The notes beneath the pieces are model-generated. The model had not been told where the DNA came from. It was given only the letters and a program-made list of their open reading frames with translations, and did not search any database. Below are positions 1 through 10,415 of a DNA stretch of 64,000 nucleotides, piece after piece. Source of the stretch: a bacterium BMS3Bbin03. Its GTDB lineage: Bacteria > Zhuqueibacterota > JdFR-76 > BMS3Abin05. The position numbers and the translations under genes were made by a program. Numbering within the stretch: the stretch's first letter is position 1; each line of letters begins with the position of its first letter. The DNA lies in contig BDTM01000016.1 of NCBI GenBank assembly GCA_002898015.1, forward strand, positions 38,535-102,534, written 5' to 3'.

Positions 1-1
1 T

Positions 2-343
2 ATCTACCTGCGAGCCCCCGGAATCGAAGGTTCGTTCGGCGTGTTGAAAAATCATATCCCATTTTTAACCGCATTGGATATTGGCGAGATTGAAGTTGAA
101 ACAAGCGATCAAAAGTATTTTTTTGCCGCAGGCGGCGGTTTTGCGGAAGTGCTGAACAATGTGGTTTCCATTTTGGCCGAAACCGCCGAAAGGGCAGATG
201 AAATTGATGTTGAACGGGCAAAAAAAGCGAGAGAACGCGCGGAGGCACGTCTGCGTGCACGAACGGAAGGCGTAAATGCTAACCGGGCAAGAGCCGCACT
301 GGTACGCGCCATGACCCGCCTGAAGATTGCTTCAAAAATTTAA
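2..343 (+). CDS. atpC: F0F1 ATP synthase epsilon subunit, 5'-truncated by window edge
   Basis: The frame is open from nt 2 (IYLRAPGIEGSFGVLKNHIPFLTAL...GGGFAEV...ILAETAERADEIDVERAKKARERAE). This fits an epsilon beta-sandwich end plus C-terminal helical hairpin. A terminator follows. Confidence 0.85.
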   Translation: MYLRAPGIEGSFGVLKNHIPFLTALDIGEIEVETSDQKYFFAAGGGFAEVLNNVVSILAETAERADEIDVERAKKARERAEARLRARTEGVNANRARAALVRAMTRLKIASKI

Positions 344-391
344 TGTAATTTCTTGTCGCAACAATCTATTTCATAAAGAAAAATCGAAAAT

Positions 392-427
392 AAGCCGATA
401 ATCGTAAATGAGTTTATCGGCTTTTTT
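392..427 (+). terminator. Rho-independent terminator after atpC
   Basis: 10-bp perfect stem AAGCCGATAA (392-401) / TTATCGGCTT (414-423), 12-nt loop, then a T6 run. Confidence 0.8.
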
Positions 428-501
428 GTCTTTATGCAGATCAAAAATACAGAGATCAATCCCAAAACAGTCGATTCGGCAATGGATTCAAACTCAAACA
501 A

Positions 502-3444
502 ATGGTGCATTCTATGATACGGAAAATCAATTTTAATTCAGCCATTCTTCTCTTCCTTTTGATTGTGTTTGGCGGAAGCTCTCTCTCCCCGGCTTCCGAA
601 AAGACGCGCCTTGAGAAGCAGTACGAAGCACACGTTTGGCAAATGATTAATGAAGAAACCAGCGATTTTTATTACGAGATGGTTTACAAAGAAAAATTCC
701 TGACGCTTCTGATGAATAATCTTATCGATGAGTTGAAAGATAGAAAAAAAAGCGGCGAACCGGTGACCCAAATTTTTGATGCGGTCCTGACCCATTCTTC
801 ACAGACAAAGTCGGACTCGCTCATTCAGGCCTATTCGGGCGAGATTCAACGGGTGTTAAACCTGATGGATCAATTAAGGCGGCTGGAAAAAGAACCCGGG
901 AGCGAGAACGGTATCTCGATCCGGGCGCGGGCCGATAAAATCAAAGAGGAATTAAAAAAGGCACTGGAAGAAAAAACAACGGTCTCGCTTGCGCATTCGA
1001 ATAAGATTTCTAAAAATTTGATTTCGGAATATCGGGAAGAGATCCGGCAGATTTTGGAAATTTCCAAAAAATTGGCGTATTACAAAACCCTGGCGCGGCA
1101 GGAGAACAATCAAGCGGCACTTGCCAAAATCGGTCAGACCAAAAAATATCTGGAGCAGGCGCTGAGCAGCCCGGTGTCGAAATCTGAGAGCAGCTTTGAG
1201 TCACAATACTACTTGGAAATGAGAAATGTGGCGAGCCTGTTGTATCAATTGGATCAATTTCATGCCCGGGTGAGTCCGGATCAGGAAGACATACGGCTTA
1301 AAATCGATGCGCTTAAAGAGGAGGTTTTGGCAAATGTCAATCCGAGACTGCTTCGGGTTCTTGGGTACACGAATTTTCCCCTGCTCTCGTCCGAATCCAA
1401 ATTTGATGAATACCTCGAAGAATGGAAAGCGACCCAAATTCTGAATTACAAGATCCGCCTCACGCGTGTCCGTTTGCTTCGCCGGCGGCTGATTCAGGAT
1501 TCAAACTTAAACCAGCTCAATCGCATGTTTCGGCGGGATCTTGCGGATGCCCTGGTCAGCGCCAACCGGGGAGAGTATCCTCTGGCGGAATTACAATATG
1601 AAGAATTGCTGAAAGAGTATCCTTTTCATGATATGGAAGATATTTATTTTCATCTTTCCGAAATCTACATGGCTCAGGGGAAGTACGAAAAAGCCAAACG
1701 GACCTTCCGGACCGTGATTCACCGGTTTCCGCGTTCGAAATATGTGAATGAATCGTACTTTAAAATATTGTTGATTACGGAAGTTCTGCACCAGGACACA
1801 CAATATTTCGACGCGTACCGGCAGTTGCAAAAGAGATACAACACTTTGCCGAAAGATGCCGTGTACGAGAAAGCCCACTATTTAACCGGCTACATCTATT
1901 TTAAGAAAGAAAAATATGACCGCGCCATTGCGACGCTGAAAGCCATCCCGGAGACGTCGGAATATGCGCTGGCTTCTCGATTTCTGCTGGCCAGCAGTTA
2001 TGCCGGGGAACAGCGGTACCGTTCGGCAGCCAAAATTTTCAAGAAGCTAATTCATCAATCCGAGACACAAACGTCAAATCCGACGGCTGTTCTGATTAAA
2101 AATAATGCGCTGGTGAAATTGGGGATGATTTACTACGAGAATAACGAACCCAAATTGGCATTGAAATATTTTAACCGGGTTTCGGCCGGTGCCGATGCCT
2201 ATCAAAGCGCCTTGCTCGGGAAGGCATGGACGGAATTTCGAGAGGGGCAGATTAAATATACTGTGGAAGATATGGACAAGCTGTTCTGGAATTTTATGAG
2301 TTCGGATTACGTTTACGAGGCCAAAACGCTTTCGGCTCACAGCTATAAAATGATGGGGAAACCGGCTCAGGCGGTTCGTGATTTGCGCTACGTCGAAAAT
2401 GCCAAAAAGGCTTTGTCCATTTTGACCGGAAAAAACAAAGAACGGAAATTGCTGGCCCAGCGCCTTCAGGAGCTGGATAACCTTCAGGAGGATGCCCTGA
2501 AACGGGGCGACCGGCTGCGATTTCAGGAAGTCTTGTACCTGAAGCGGAAGATCAAACGAATCATGGAAAAGACCTATCCCTCCGGAAAGCCCGGCCTGTA
2601 CCTGGTGGATGAATTTGCGCAGGAGCGTCAGCGTTTGGAATATCTGGTCAACGATCTGGAGACGTATGAAAAAATTGTTCAAAAACTGGGGTACCGGAAT
2701 TTAACGAAAAGCATCGGCAAAACAAAAGGCCGGCTTCTGGCTATTTTGGGGAGTTACACATCGAACAAATGGGTGGGCGAAACGGATTTTCTGGCAAATT
2801 ATCCCTTTCTTCAGAGACAAAGCATGGTGCGGTACAAACGGCAAATATTGTCTGAAATGTTAACCGAAATCAAGTCGGAATTAAAACAGATCCAGGCGGA
2901 TCAGAAAGAGGCTGAAACGCTGGCCAAAAAAGCCCGCCAAAAAAAGGACATCGGAACACTGGTTCGCCTGGACTTTCACAGTGAAAATCTTGACAACCTG
3001 TCCGACCGGCTCGAGGAATATGTGGTGTATTTGAATGAAGAATTAGATGACTCGCCTGAAGAGGATGTCAAGTACTACGCCGATTTCAGCGGATTCGGTG
3101 TCAGCGATATCGATTTTGTTCGTCTGCAAAATATCGACACGAAAATCAGCACTTACTATAACTACATCGGGCTGATTAACCGGGCATTGAATATTCAGCA
3201 ATTGGCGCTTAAAGACCGCATTTACAACATGAGTGACAGCCTCCGGCAGGTGCAGAGCCGGCTGAGGCAAAAACGATTGGAAGACTATCACAAAACGCTG
3301 AACACGTTTTTCAATTATCAGTATTTTGTAAGCCAAAAGGGTGAAAAAACGGCTCGGCAGGAACCCGTGCAAAAAACGCAGGATCGCGGGATACGGAAAC
3401 TATTGGACAAACGGTATCCATCGAAAAAAAAGAAATCCGAATAA
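502..3444 (+). CDS. Exported coiled-coil + TPR-repeat protein (980 aa)
   Basis: N-terminal hydrophobic signal-like segment (ILLFLLIVFGGSSLS). A long heptad-rich region is followed by TPR-like repeats (YFHLSEIYMAQGKYEKAKRTF; AHYLTGYIYFKKEKYDRAIATL). It is the first gene of the TPR/Tol-like cluster. Confidence 0.8.
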   Translation: MVHSMIRKINFNSAILLFLLIVFGGSSLSPASEKTRLEKQYEAHVWQMINEETSDFYYEMVYKEKFLTLLMNNLIDELKDRKKSGEPVTQIFDAVLTHSSQTKSDSLIQAYSGEIQRVLNLMDQLRRLEKEPGSENGISIRARADKIKEELKKALEEKTTVSLAHSNKISKNLISEYREEIRQILEISKKLAYYKTLARQENNQAALAKIGQTKKYLEQALSSPVSKSESSFESQYYLEMRNVASLLYQLDQFHARVSPDQEDIRLKIDALKEEVLANVNPRLLRVLGYTNFPLLSSESKFDEYLEEWKATQILNYKIRLTRVRLLRRRLIQDSNLNQLNRMFRRDLADALVSANRGEYPLAELQYEELLKEYPFHDMEDIYFHLSEIYMAQGKYEKAKRTFRTVIHRFPRSKYVNESYFKILLITEVLHQDTQYFDAYRQLQKRYNTLPKDAVYEKAHYLTGYIYFKKEKYDRAIATLKAIPETSEYALASRFLLASSYAGEQRYRSAAKIFKKLIHQSETQTSNPTAVLIKNNALVKLGMIYYENNEPKLALKYFNRVSAGADAYQSALLGKAWTEFREGQIKYTVEDMDKLFWNFMSSDYVYEAKTLSAHSYKMMGKPAQAVRDLRYVENAKKALSILTGKNKERKLLAQRLQELDNLQEDALKRGDRLRFQEVLYLKRKIKRIMEKTYPSGKPGLYLVDEFAQERQRLEYLVNDLETYEKIVQKLGYRNLTKSIGKTKGRLLAILGSYTSNKWVGETDFLANYPFLQRQSMVRYKRQILSEMLTEIKSELKQIQADQKEAETLAKKARQKKDIGTLVRLDFHSENLDNLSDRLEEYVVYLNEELDDSPEEDVKYYADFSGFGVSDIDFVRLQNIDTKISTYYNYIGLINRALNIQQLALKDRIYNMSDSLRQVQSRLRQKRLEDYHKTLNTFFNYQYFVSQKGEKTARQEPVQKTQDRGIRKLLDKRYPSKKKKSE

Positions 3445-3601
3445 AGGCAGGCGGGGCCGAATCAACCGGCAAAACGCCTCCCCTTCTCCTGCAGCGTCGG
3501 AAGCGACAGGATGATTTCGGAAGGGAAATTGTTTGGGTTTTGATGTGTTCTTTTTAGCGGGTTATTCATATTTGTTAATGATATAAAGCGAGAGTAATTG
3601 C

Positions 3602-6600
3602 ATGGAAAAGCGTAAATTCCAGGGATGGAAAAAAGTCATTGTGCTTTTTATTGTGAGCCTTGTATTTATGGGGAGCGGGAAAAGTTTTGCCCAGGAACCA
3701 TTGATTGAAAAAGGAGAGAAATCGTCCAACCAGGTCTTATTGGATTCGCTTATCAATACTTTTTCCGCCGAGGATCTGATTAAATTTCGAGAGTTCTACG
3801 GGAATGAAATCAATCGTCTTAAGCGTGAAAAAAAACTCCTTCGCGAAAAAAATATTCAAAATGTGAAGCAGTTACTGGTTGAAAATCCCAATAGCCATTT
3901 TATTGACAAAATTCTGCTCCGGCTGGGCGAGTTTTATTACCAGGAAGCCGAAGAGACATTCCTCAAAAAAATGGACGCCTATGAAAAAGCCTATTCCGAA
4001 TATGAGAAAGGCCTTCGCCCAAATCCGCCCGAGGAACCGAAAGTGGATTACTCAAAAGCGCTTGAAAAATACCGGCTCATCGTGGATAATTTTCCAAAGA
4101 GCAGCCTTTACGATGATGCACTTTACGACCTGGCGTATATTCTTGCCAAGCAGGGGAAAACAGTTGAAGCACTGGGTTATTATCGGGAGGTGGCCACAAA
4201 ATATCCGGAGAGTAAATATGCGCCCGACGCACTGATGCAAATCGGGGAGTACTATTTTGGCCTTTCTGTCAGAAACTACGACGAAGCCATCAAATATTAC
4301 AAATCGGTTTTAAAGTATAAGGATACGCCCCGTTACGACGAGGCGCTTTATAAAATCGGATGGGCGAATTATTTAAAAGGCGACTACCCGTCCGCCATTG
4401 CATCGTTTACCACACTGGTTCAGGATATCGAAAAGACGAAATCTGTCGATTACCGGAGCGCTTACTCGAATCCGGCTCTGGAGAATGAATCACTGGAATA
4501 CATCGGGATTGGTTTTCACGATTACGGCGGTCTGGATGAAGCAGTAAAGTATTTGAGCCATTTGGGCTATCCGGATTACGGCGTACCCATTCTGATAAAA
4601 TTAGGGGATGTTTACAAGACCAATGAGGAAAAATTCTTAAAGGCAATTGCCGTTTATGATACGATTCTGTATTATTACCCGGATTCACCGGAAGCTCCCA
4701 AGATTCAGAATAAAATTGTGGAATCGTTCAGACGCCTGGAGGATACAAATGGCGTGTACCGGGCACAGCGGGAAATGTTCGAGAAGTACCATCCGGGAAG
4801 TGCCTGGGCAAAAGCGATGAAGAAGAAGATTCCAAATTTGCTTCTTCGCCGAAAAACGATTCGGGACGCCACAGAGCTGGTTAAGAAGACGCTGCGGCAG
4901 AATATCAACACGCTTCTCACAGATGCCGGAAAAGACTCCTCTCTGAATTACTACAAACAGGCGGTGGCCAACAGCAGGATCTATTTGAACTATTTCCCGG
5001 ATGATTCTCTGGCATACACGATTCACTGGAATATGGCGGTAGTGCTCGACACAAAATTAAACCGGGACAAAGAAGCGTATCGGGAGTATGAAAAAATTGC
5101 GTTCGATTATTCAAAAGACAAATATCGAAAAGACGCCGCCCAAAATGCCATTGCAGTCGCCAATGAAATTCTGAAAAAGCACCATGGCAAACCGGTTAAG
5201 TCTGCCGTCAACGATACCAGTAAAATCAGCAGTTTTCAAAAAATGGCGGAGAGCGGAAAAGAGATAGCCGGATTAAAGCCAGTGAAGCCGGACACCTTAA
5301 ATGCGGATGAAATGAGGCTTGTTCAGGCGTATAACAATTTTATCAAGCTTTTCCCGGGGGATAAAGATGCGGCGGTGGCTCTGGCAAATGCGGGCATTTT
5401 ATATTACAACAAAAAACAGTTTGAGGATGCACTGAAATATTTTAATACCCTGATCGCCCGCTTCCCGGACAGCCCGGAATTGACGCAGGCCCAGTACACC
5501 GCCATGGAAAGTTACTTCGGAAAACAAGATTTTGTCGGCGCGGAAATGATGGCAAAAAAAATCCAATCGGCGGTCCATGCGCCCAAACAGGTTAAAGAAA
5601 AAGCCCGGCGCCGGATGTCTGAATCCATCTTTTTACACGCTCAGAGTCTGGCCGAAAAGGGGGATCATCTGGCGGCGGCCGGTGAGTACCGGCGTGTTGT
5701 GAAGGAGGTGCCGGATGCGAGTTTTGCCGATCTGGCGCTGTTTCAATCGGCGATCGAATACGATAAGGTGAAAGAATTTAATCAGGCGGTGGAGGCGTAC
5801 CAATATTTGATCGACCATTTCGCGTCGTCTAAATATTATCTGGATGCCATGAACAATCTTGCACTGGATTATGGTGAACTTAAGGCATACAAGTACGCCG
5901 CCAGCACATACGAACGGCTGTGGAAAGCCACTCCGGATTCCGCCAAAGCTCAGGATGCCCTGTACAATTCCAGTTTTTTCTTTGTGAAGGCAAAAGACTG
6001 GCGCAATGCCATTCGCATTAATCAGCGCTATGTGGGAAAGTATCCGAAATCGGCAGATGCGGAGGACATGTTCTACAACATGGCCGGGTACTATCTGAAA
6101 TTGGATGATCTGGAACAGGCCAATCAAATCTGGGATGAGTTTGGAAATAAATATCCGAATTCTCCCCGCGGTGTGGAAACCTTTTTTAAGCGCGGCGAAT
6201 ATTTCATGAATAAGGGACTGCACGATCAAGCCATTGCCGAGTTCGACCGGGCGCTTCAGCGGAATAATGAGTTGAAAACCAAAAAATTAAAAACAAATGA
6301 TTTTTACGCGGCGGAGGCTCTTTTCTCGAAATCGGGACTCATGTACAACGATTATAAAAACATCCGTTTCACACTGAACAATATGAACGCGCAGAAGGAA
6401 CGGAAGAAAGACCTGCTGAAACAATTGGTTTCGCAATATGAGCAGGTGGCGGGATACGGGACCATTCGCCTGTATGAGGCGACCTACGATATCGGAAAAG
6501 TGTACGAAGAATTTGCCAACACCTGGAATTCTCAGGGAATCCCGGAAATGAGCAAGACGCGAAGAATTGTTTATCTGAATAAAATTCATCAGACCTCCAC

Positions 6601-8275
6601 TCAATTGTATGAAAAAGCGCATAATTCATACCGTTCTGCGGTGGTTCTGTTGTCCAGGCTCGAGAAGGCTTACCGGCCGGCGGCACCGGATTCAACCGCG
6701 CCGGACAGCTCGGCAGAGGATTCAACCCGAAATCAATCCATTCGTGTTTCGGAAAAGGACAGCACGCTGCGGGTGATGCAGCGCTGGGTCAACCGCTCGG
6801 CGGAAAAGACCTCTGAAATGCTTTACCGAATCGCCGATTTGGATTATGCTTCGATTGAACAAATTCTGTCGGCGCCCATTCCCGATGGCCTCGATCCGGT
6901 GGCGACTCTGGAATATCAGAATCAGGTCTATTTGAAGGCGGTGAAGCCTATTGTCGATAAAATTGTTCTGGCGCATCTGCGGACAATCAACGAAGCCGAT
7001 ACGCTTCAGCTTGAAAATAAATGGGTGAATCAGTCCCGTAAGAAGCTGCTGGCAATATTTGAGATTCTGCCGGCGAAGTACTACCAATTGGCGAAACGCA
7101 CCGTCGGGACCTATATAAAAATGAGGCACAGATACTATTACATCATGACAAAGGGGTCGGATACAGAGAAAGAAGACGCCTTATCCTTGGCCGGTGACTT
7201 GCTCAACGTGATTGATCTCGGGAAGAAGTACACCCAGATTATGACCCGGTTTTATCAATGGGAGCTGGACAATTTTCAAAATCACAATTTCCCGGACCGG
7301 TACACGAATCAGGCTTTGAATGAATATCTGTCGAATACGTACCAAATTGCCAATTCATACAAAGTGGAAGCGGATTCGGCCCGAGCCATGAAGGATTACT
7401 TCTCGGTGCTGAATCAGAAGGATCCGATGCCGGAATATGAAGACGCCATTTACACCTATTCGGACAATTTAAGTTCACTTCACGATGCAGCACTTGAAAT
7501 TGCGGCCGATGCGTACGATTACAAAAAATCACACAAATTGCAGAGTCCCGTCATCGGCAGCATCTCCGGTCTTCTGGTGGAACTCGATCCGGTCACCTAC
7601 GCGAAAGAATTCGCGGTTTCCACGGATTCCATTTACATTCCGGCGGACGACAGCTGGCTGGTAAACACATCGGTGGATTCAAATTGGATTCAGATGGATG
7701 ATCCCGATTCTTCCTGGCGTCATGCCGTTAGAATGCCGTGGGATTCCGCAGGACGGGTGCTTTTTCCCGGGGAAACGGCTTACAGCATCAACGTGCCGAT
7801 GGCGATGGACACCGTTTACAATGACACAACAGGCACAGATTCCGCCTCGGCGCCCGCACAGCCCGGCTATCATCTGGTTCCGAAAGAAGCTTATCCGGCC
7901 AATCTGTATTTCCGAAAAACATTTACAATCGACGATATTCCGGTCTCGGCAAACCTGAAAATTCAGGCCGATGATAACATGGAAATTTTTATGAATGGCG
8001 TAAAGGTTTTTCAGGAAAAAGCCGATACATTAGGGTGGAAACAAGCCTTCCCTGTTAATATGAATGATTTTATTCGGCAGGGGGAAAACAGGGTGGCTGT
8101 GCACGTTATAGACACCGATAGTACAAGGAAGGGCATGCGGGCGATCTTTCAAATTCAATTGCTGCGAAAGAAAGCGATAGAGAAGGTCAGCCGGACAGTG
8201 AAACAGGAAGAAGTCAATTATGAGAAGAATCTTGAAAGGCAAGCCTTCTTGCTCAATTATGTGCTGGTACCTTAA
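3602..8275 (+). CDS. Giant exported TPR-repeat protein (1557 aa) with C-terminal beta-sandwich-like domain
   Basis: Signal peptide (VIVLFIVSLVFMGSGKSFAQE) and many TPR-like units (ALYDLAYILAKQGKTVEALGYY; ALYKIGWANYLKGDYPSAIASF). The C-terminus reads LYFRKTFTIDD...IQADDNMEIFMNGVKV...GENRVAVHV, which resembles a galactose-binding-like jelly roll. Confidence 0.85.
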   Translation: MEKRKFQGWKKVIVLFIVSLVFMGSGKSFAQEPLIEKGEKSSNQVLLDSLINTFSAEDLIKFREFYGNEINRLKREKKLLREKNIQNVKQLLVENPNSHFIDKILLRLGEFYYQEAEETFLKKMDAYEKAYSEYEKGLRPNPPEEPKVDYSKALEKYRLIVDNFPKSSLYDDALYDLAYILAKQGKTVEALGYYREVATKYPESKYAPDALMQIGEYYFGLSVRNYDEAIKYYKSVLKYKDTPRYDEALYKIGWANYLKGDYPSAIASFTTLVQDIEKTKSVDYRSAYSNPALENESLEYIGIGFHDYGGLDEAVKYLSHLGYPDYGVPILIKLGDVYKTNEEKFLKAIAVYDTILYYYPDSPEAPKIQNKIVESFRRLEDTNGVYRAQREMFEKYHPGSAWAKAMKKKIPNLLLRRKTIRDATELVKKTLRQNINTLLTDAGKDSSLNYYKQAVANSRIYLNYFPDDSLAYTIHWNMAVVLDTKLNRDKEAYREYEKIAFDYSKDKYRKDAAQNAIAVANEILKKHHGKPVKSAVNDTSKISSFQKMAESGKEIAGLKPVKPDTLNADEMRLVQAYNNFIKLFPGDKDAAVALANAGILYYNKKQFEDALKYFNTLIARFPDSPELTQAQYTAMESYFGKQDFVGAEMMAKKIQSAVHAPKQVKEKARRRMSESIFLHAQSLAEKGDHLAAAGEYRRVVKEVPDASFADLALFQSAIEYDKVKEFNQAVEAYQYLIDHFASSKYYLDAMNNLALDYGELKAYKYAASTYERLWKATPDSAKAQDALYNSSFFFVKAKDWRNAIRINQRYVGKYPKSADAEDMFYNMAGYYLKLDDLEQANQIWDEFGNKYPNSPRGVETFFKRGEYFMNKGLHDQAIAEFDRALQRNNELKTKKLKTNDFYAAEALFSKSGLMYNDYKNIRFTLNNMNAQKERKKDLLKQLVSQYEQVAGYGTIRLYEATYDIGKVYEEFANTWNSQGIPEMSKTRRIVYLNKIHQTSTQLYEKAHNSYRSAVVLLSRLEKAYRPAAPDSTAPDSSAEDSTRNQSIRVSEKDSTLRVMQRWVNRSAEKTSEMLYRIADLDYASIEQILSAPIPDGLDPVATLEYQNQVYLKAVKPIVDKIVLAHLRTINEADTLQLENKWVNQSRKKLLAIFEILPAKYYQLAKRTVGTYIKMRHRYYYIMTKGSDTEKEDALSLAGDLLNVIDLGKKYTQIMTRFYQWELDNFQNHNFPDRYTNQALNEYLSNTYQIANSYKVEADSARAMKDYFSVLNQKDPMPEYEDAIYTYSDNLSSLHDAALEIAADAYDYKKSHKLQSPVIGSISGLLVELDPVTYAKEFAVSTDSIYIPADDSWLVNTSVDSNWIQMDDPDSSWRHAVRMPWDSAGRVLFPGETAYSINVPMAMDTVYNDTTGTDSASAPAQPGYHLVPKEAYPANLYFRKTFTIDDIPVSANLKIQADDNMEIFMNGVKVFQEKADTLGWKQAFPVNMNDFIRQGENRVAVHVIDTDSTRKGMRAIFQIQLLRKKAIEKVSRTVKQEEVNYEKNLERQAFLLNYVLVP

Positions 8276-8290
8276 TGGAAGGATGCAAAG

Positions 8291-8638
8291 ATGAAATGCC
8301 GTACGCTGGCGGGTATTTTTTTGACAACCGGTTTGTTTCTCTTCAGTCAATCGGTGAACGCTCAGGAAAAGCCGAAAGAAGCGAAACCCGTCCGCAAAAC
8401 GGCGTCGAAAGAGACAGTGCTGAAGGCCATGCATGTGGAGGCGCATATTGAAAAACCGAGTGTTTCCATTGTCCCAAAGCGTATCAAGCCTGAATTGAAA
8501 GAAGTCGAATTTATCCGCCGGTCTTTCAGCAAAGAGATCAAAAACGTGCCCAGGCAGCTTCTTTACCTTGAGATGAAAAACTCGAAAAAGAGACAGGTTG
8601 CGGAAGCACGCCGGATGTTGAAGAAAAAACGTAAATAA
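8291..8638 (+). CDS. Small secreted Lys/Glu-rich protein (115 aa), function unknown
   Basis: Signal peptide MKCRTLAGIFLTTGLFLFSQSVNAQE. It is tightly packed between the giant TPR gene and the TolQ-like gene. Confidence 0.6.
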   Translation: MKCRTLAGIFLTTGLFLFSQSVNAQEKPKEAKPVRKTASKETVLKAMHVEAHIEKPSVSIVPKRIKPELKEVEFIRRSFSKEIKNVPRQLLYLEMKNSKKRQVAEARRMLKKKRK

Positions 8639-8672
8639 CTTTATCCCCAAAACTGAAATAGGAGGTATGAAC

Positions 8673-9332
8673 ATGGGAGAATTAGTCCAAATATTCCATG
8701 CATTCAAAATCGGATCACCCGGCTGGCTCTTTATGTGGCTGTTGTTGGTTGCGGCCGTGTTTGTGGTGGCTCTCGCAGTTGAGCGGACTTATTTTATCGG
8801 AATCCGTTCAAATATGAATGCCGACAAATTCATGAAAGACATCCGTCAAATGGTGTCCAAAGGGCAGTATAAAGAGGCCGTTCAGGTTTGTGAAAAACTG
8901 AAAGACAAAGCCCTGCCCTACGTGATTGGAACCGGCCTGCGGGTTCTGGACAGCGAAGGAGAAGTGGATTTCCGGACCGTTCAGAATGCCGTCGACGAAG
9001 GCACACTGGAGATTATTCCAAAATTGCAGCAGCGGACCGGATGGCTGGCAACGCTGGGAAATGTGGCGACCCTGCTGGGTTTAATGGGAACGATTTACGG
9101 TCTGATTCTGGCCTTTAGCTCTGTTTCGGCTCCGGGCGTGGATGCGGCCGAAAAATCCCGTCTGTTGGCGGCCGGTATTTCAACCGCCATGAACACCACG
9201 CTGGTGGGTCTGTCCATTGCCATTCCGGCGGTGTTGGTTTACACGTACATCCACAACAAAACCATGGGAATTATCGACGAAATTGACGAACACACCGTAA
9301 AACTGATTAATTTAATTACAGGGAACAAATAA
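8673..9332 (+). CDS. MotA/TolQ/ExbB-family proton channel
   Basis: Three TM segments and the family-typical C-terminal half (LATLGNVATLLGLMGTIYGLI...AAGISTAMNTTLVGLSIAIPAV). GGAGG at 8661-8665 favours the ATG at 8673 over the track start at 8667. Confidence 0.85.
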   Translation: MGELVQIFHAFKIGSPGWLFMWLLLVAAVFVVALAVERTYFIGIRSNMNADKFMKDIRQMVSKGQYKEAVQVCEKLKDKALPYVIGTGLRVLDSEGEVDFRTVQNAVDEGTLEIIPKLQQRTGWLATLGNVATLLGLMGTIYGLILAFSSVSAPGVDAAEKSRLLAAGISTAMNTTLVGLSIAIPAVLVYTYIHNKTMGIIDEIDEHTVKLINLITGNK

Positions 9333-9871
9333 TGGCTTTCAAACCGTCTAAACGAAAAAGACGTCCGGAAGCGATTGAACCGGAGTTAAATCTGACACCC
9401 ATTATGAATTTAATGGTCGTGCTGATTCCATTGTTGCTGACATCGGCAGAATTTGTCAGATTGGGGGTCATCGAACTGAACCTCCCCCCGGCCGCAGGAT
9501 CCGCCATAACAGCCGTAACGAGACTGCCGCAGGAAATGCAGAAAAAACTGGATCTTACTGTGACGGTGACGGATCAGGGATTTTATATTGCCAGCAGTGC
9601 GGCGGTGGCGATGGGGAAATCGGGTAAGGGGCCGACAATTCCCAAATTGGTCGATCAATATGATTACAAGAAATTGTCCGATTACCTGTACAAAATCAAG
9701 CAAAAAGCCAAAGGCGTCTTTAAAGATTCAGACCACATCATCATTCTGGCGGAGCCGTCCATAAAATACCAGACGGTTGTCAGCACGATGGATGCTTCGA
9801 GGAGTATCCAGATGGATGGAAAACGGAAACCGCTTTTTCCGGATGTTTCCTTAGGCGCTACAGTTTTATAA
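9332..9871 (+). CDS. ExbD/TolR-family biopolymer transport protein
   Basis: N-terminal basic segment plus the LNLTPIMNLMVVLIPLLL TM helix typical of ExbD/TolR. The start overlaps the upstream stop (ATAATG). Confidence 0.8.
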   Translation: MAFKPSKRKRRPEAIEPELNLTPIMNLMVVLIPLLLTSAEFVRLGVIELNLPPAAGSAITAVTRLPQEMQKKLDLTVTVTDQGFYIASSAAVAMGKSGKGPTIPKLVDQYDYKKLSDYLYKIKQKAKGVFKDSDHIIILAEPSIKYQTVVSTMDASRSIQMDGKRKPLFPDVSLGATVL

Positions 9872-9895
9872 TTAATTTAAAGAACGGAGTTACAA

Positions 9896-10390
9896 ATGGC
9901 CTTTGTTCCTTCCCGAATAAAAAGGCACATCACCGGAACCGGTGAAGTAAAACTCAATCTGACATCGATGATGGACATGTTCACCATTATTCTGGTCTTC
10001 TTGTTAAAAGTGTATTCCAGTAACGGGCAGATGATACAGCCGTCTCACGATTTAACCTTGCCGAACTCTTCCGTGCAGAAACATGCGGAACAGGCGCTCA
10101 ATTTAAAGGTGTCGAAAGAATGGGTTGTTCTCAATGACAAACCGGTTGCAAAAATTGCGGATGTTGTGGCAATGAGGAGTCTGATCATTCCGCAACTGGC
10201 CCGCGTATTGAAAAAATATGCCACTGAAGCCCAAAAAATGGAAGAACTGTACGGCACGCCCTTTACGGGAAAAGTTGTGATTCAGGGGGATAAAGATTTG
10301 CCGTACAAAGTTTTGGTAAAAATAATGGCCACCTGCGGACGATCGGAGTATCCCAATATGAGGCTGCTGGTGTACCAGAACCATGGGTAA
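9896..10390 (+). CDS. ExbD/TolR-family biopolymer transport protein (second copy)
   Basis: KLNLTSMMDMFTIILVFLL TM helix and a periplasmic domain (VVIQGDKDLPYKVLVKIMATC). Confidence 0.8.
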   Translation: MAFVPSRIKRHITGTGEVKLNLTSMMDMFTIILVFLLKVYSSNGQMIQPSHDLTLPNSSVQKHAEQALNLKVSKEWVVLNDKPVAKIADVVAMRSLIIPQLARVLKKYATEAQKMEELYGTPFTGKVVIQGDKDLPYKVLVKIMATCGRSEYPNMRLLVYQNHG

Positions 10391-10415
10391 ATAATCGGAT
10401 TAGTCAAACCAAAAG

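Noticed and set aside
2074-2682. 202-aa minus-strand ORF. The same applies to other long antisense ORFs in the track: 5633-6229, 8030-8707, 32547-33170, 47335-47886, 52258-52797, 44163-44600 and 60371-60841.
   Set aside because: Each lies entirely inside a plus-strand gene with strong family motifs (TPR proteins, clpX, S9 peptidase, NHL protein, ispH, pfkA). Their translations are low-complexity (Ser/Arg/Phe/Ile-rich) with no recognisable motifs, RBS or signal. They are typical shadow ORFs.
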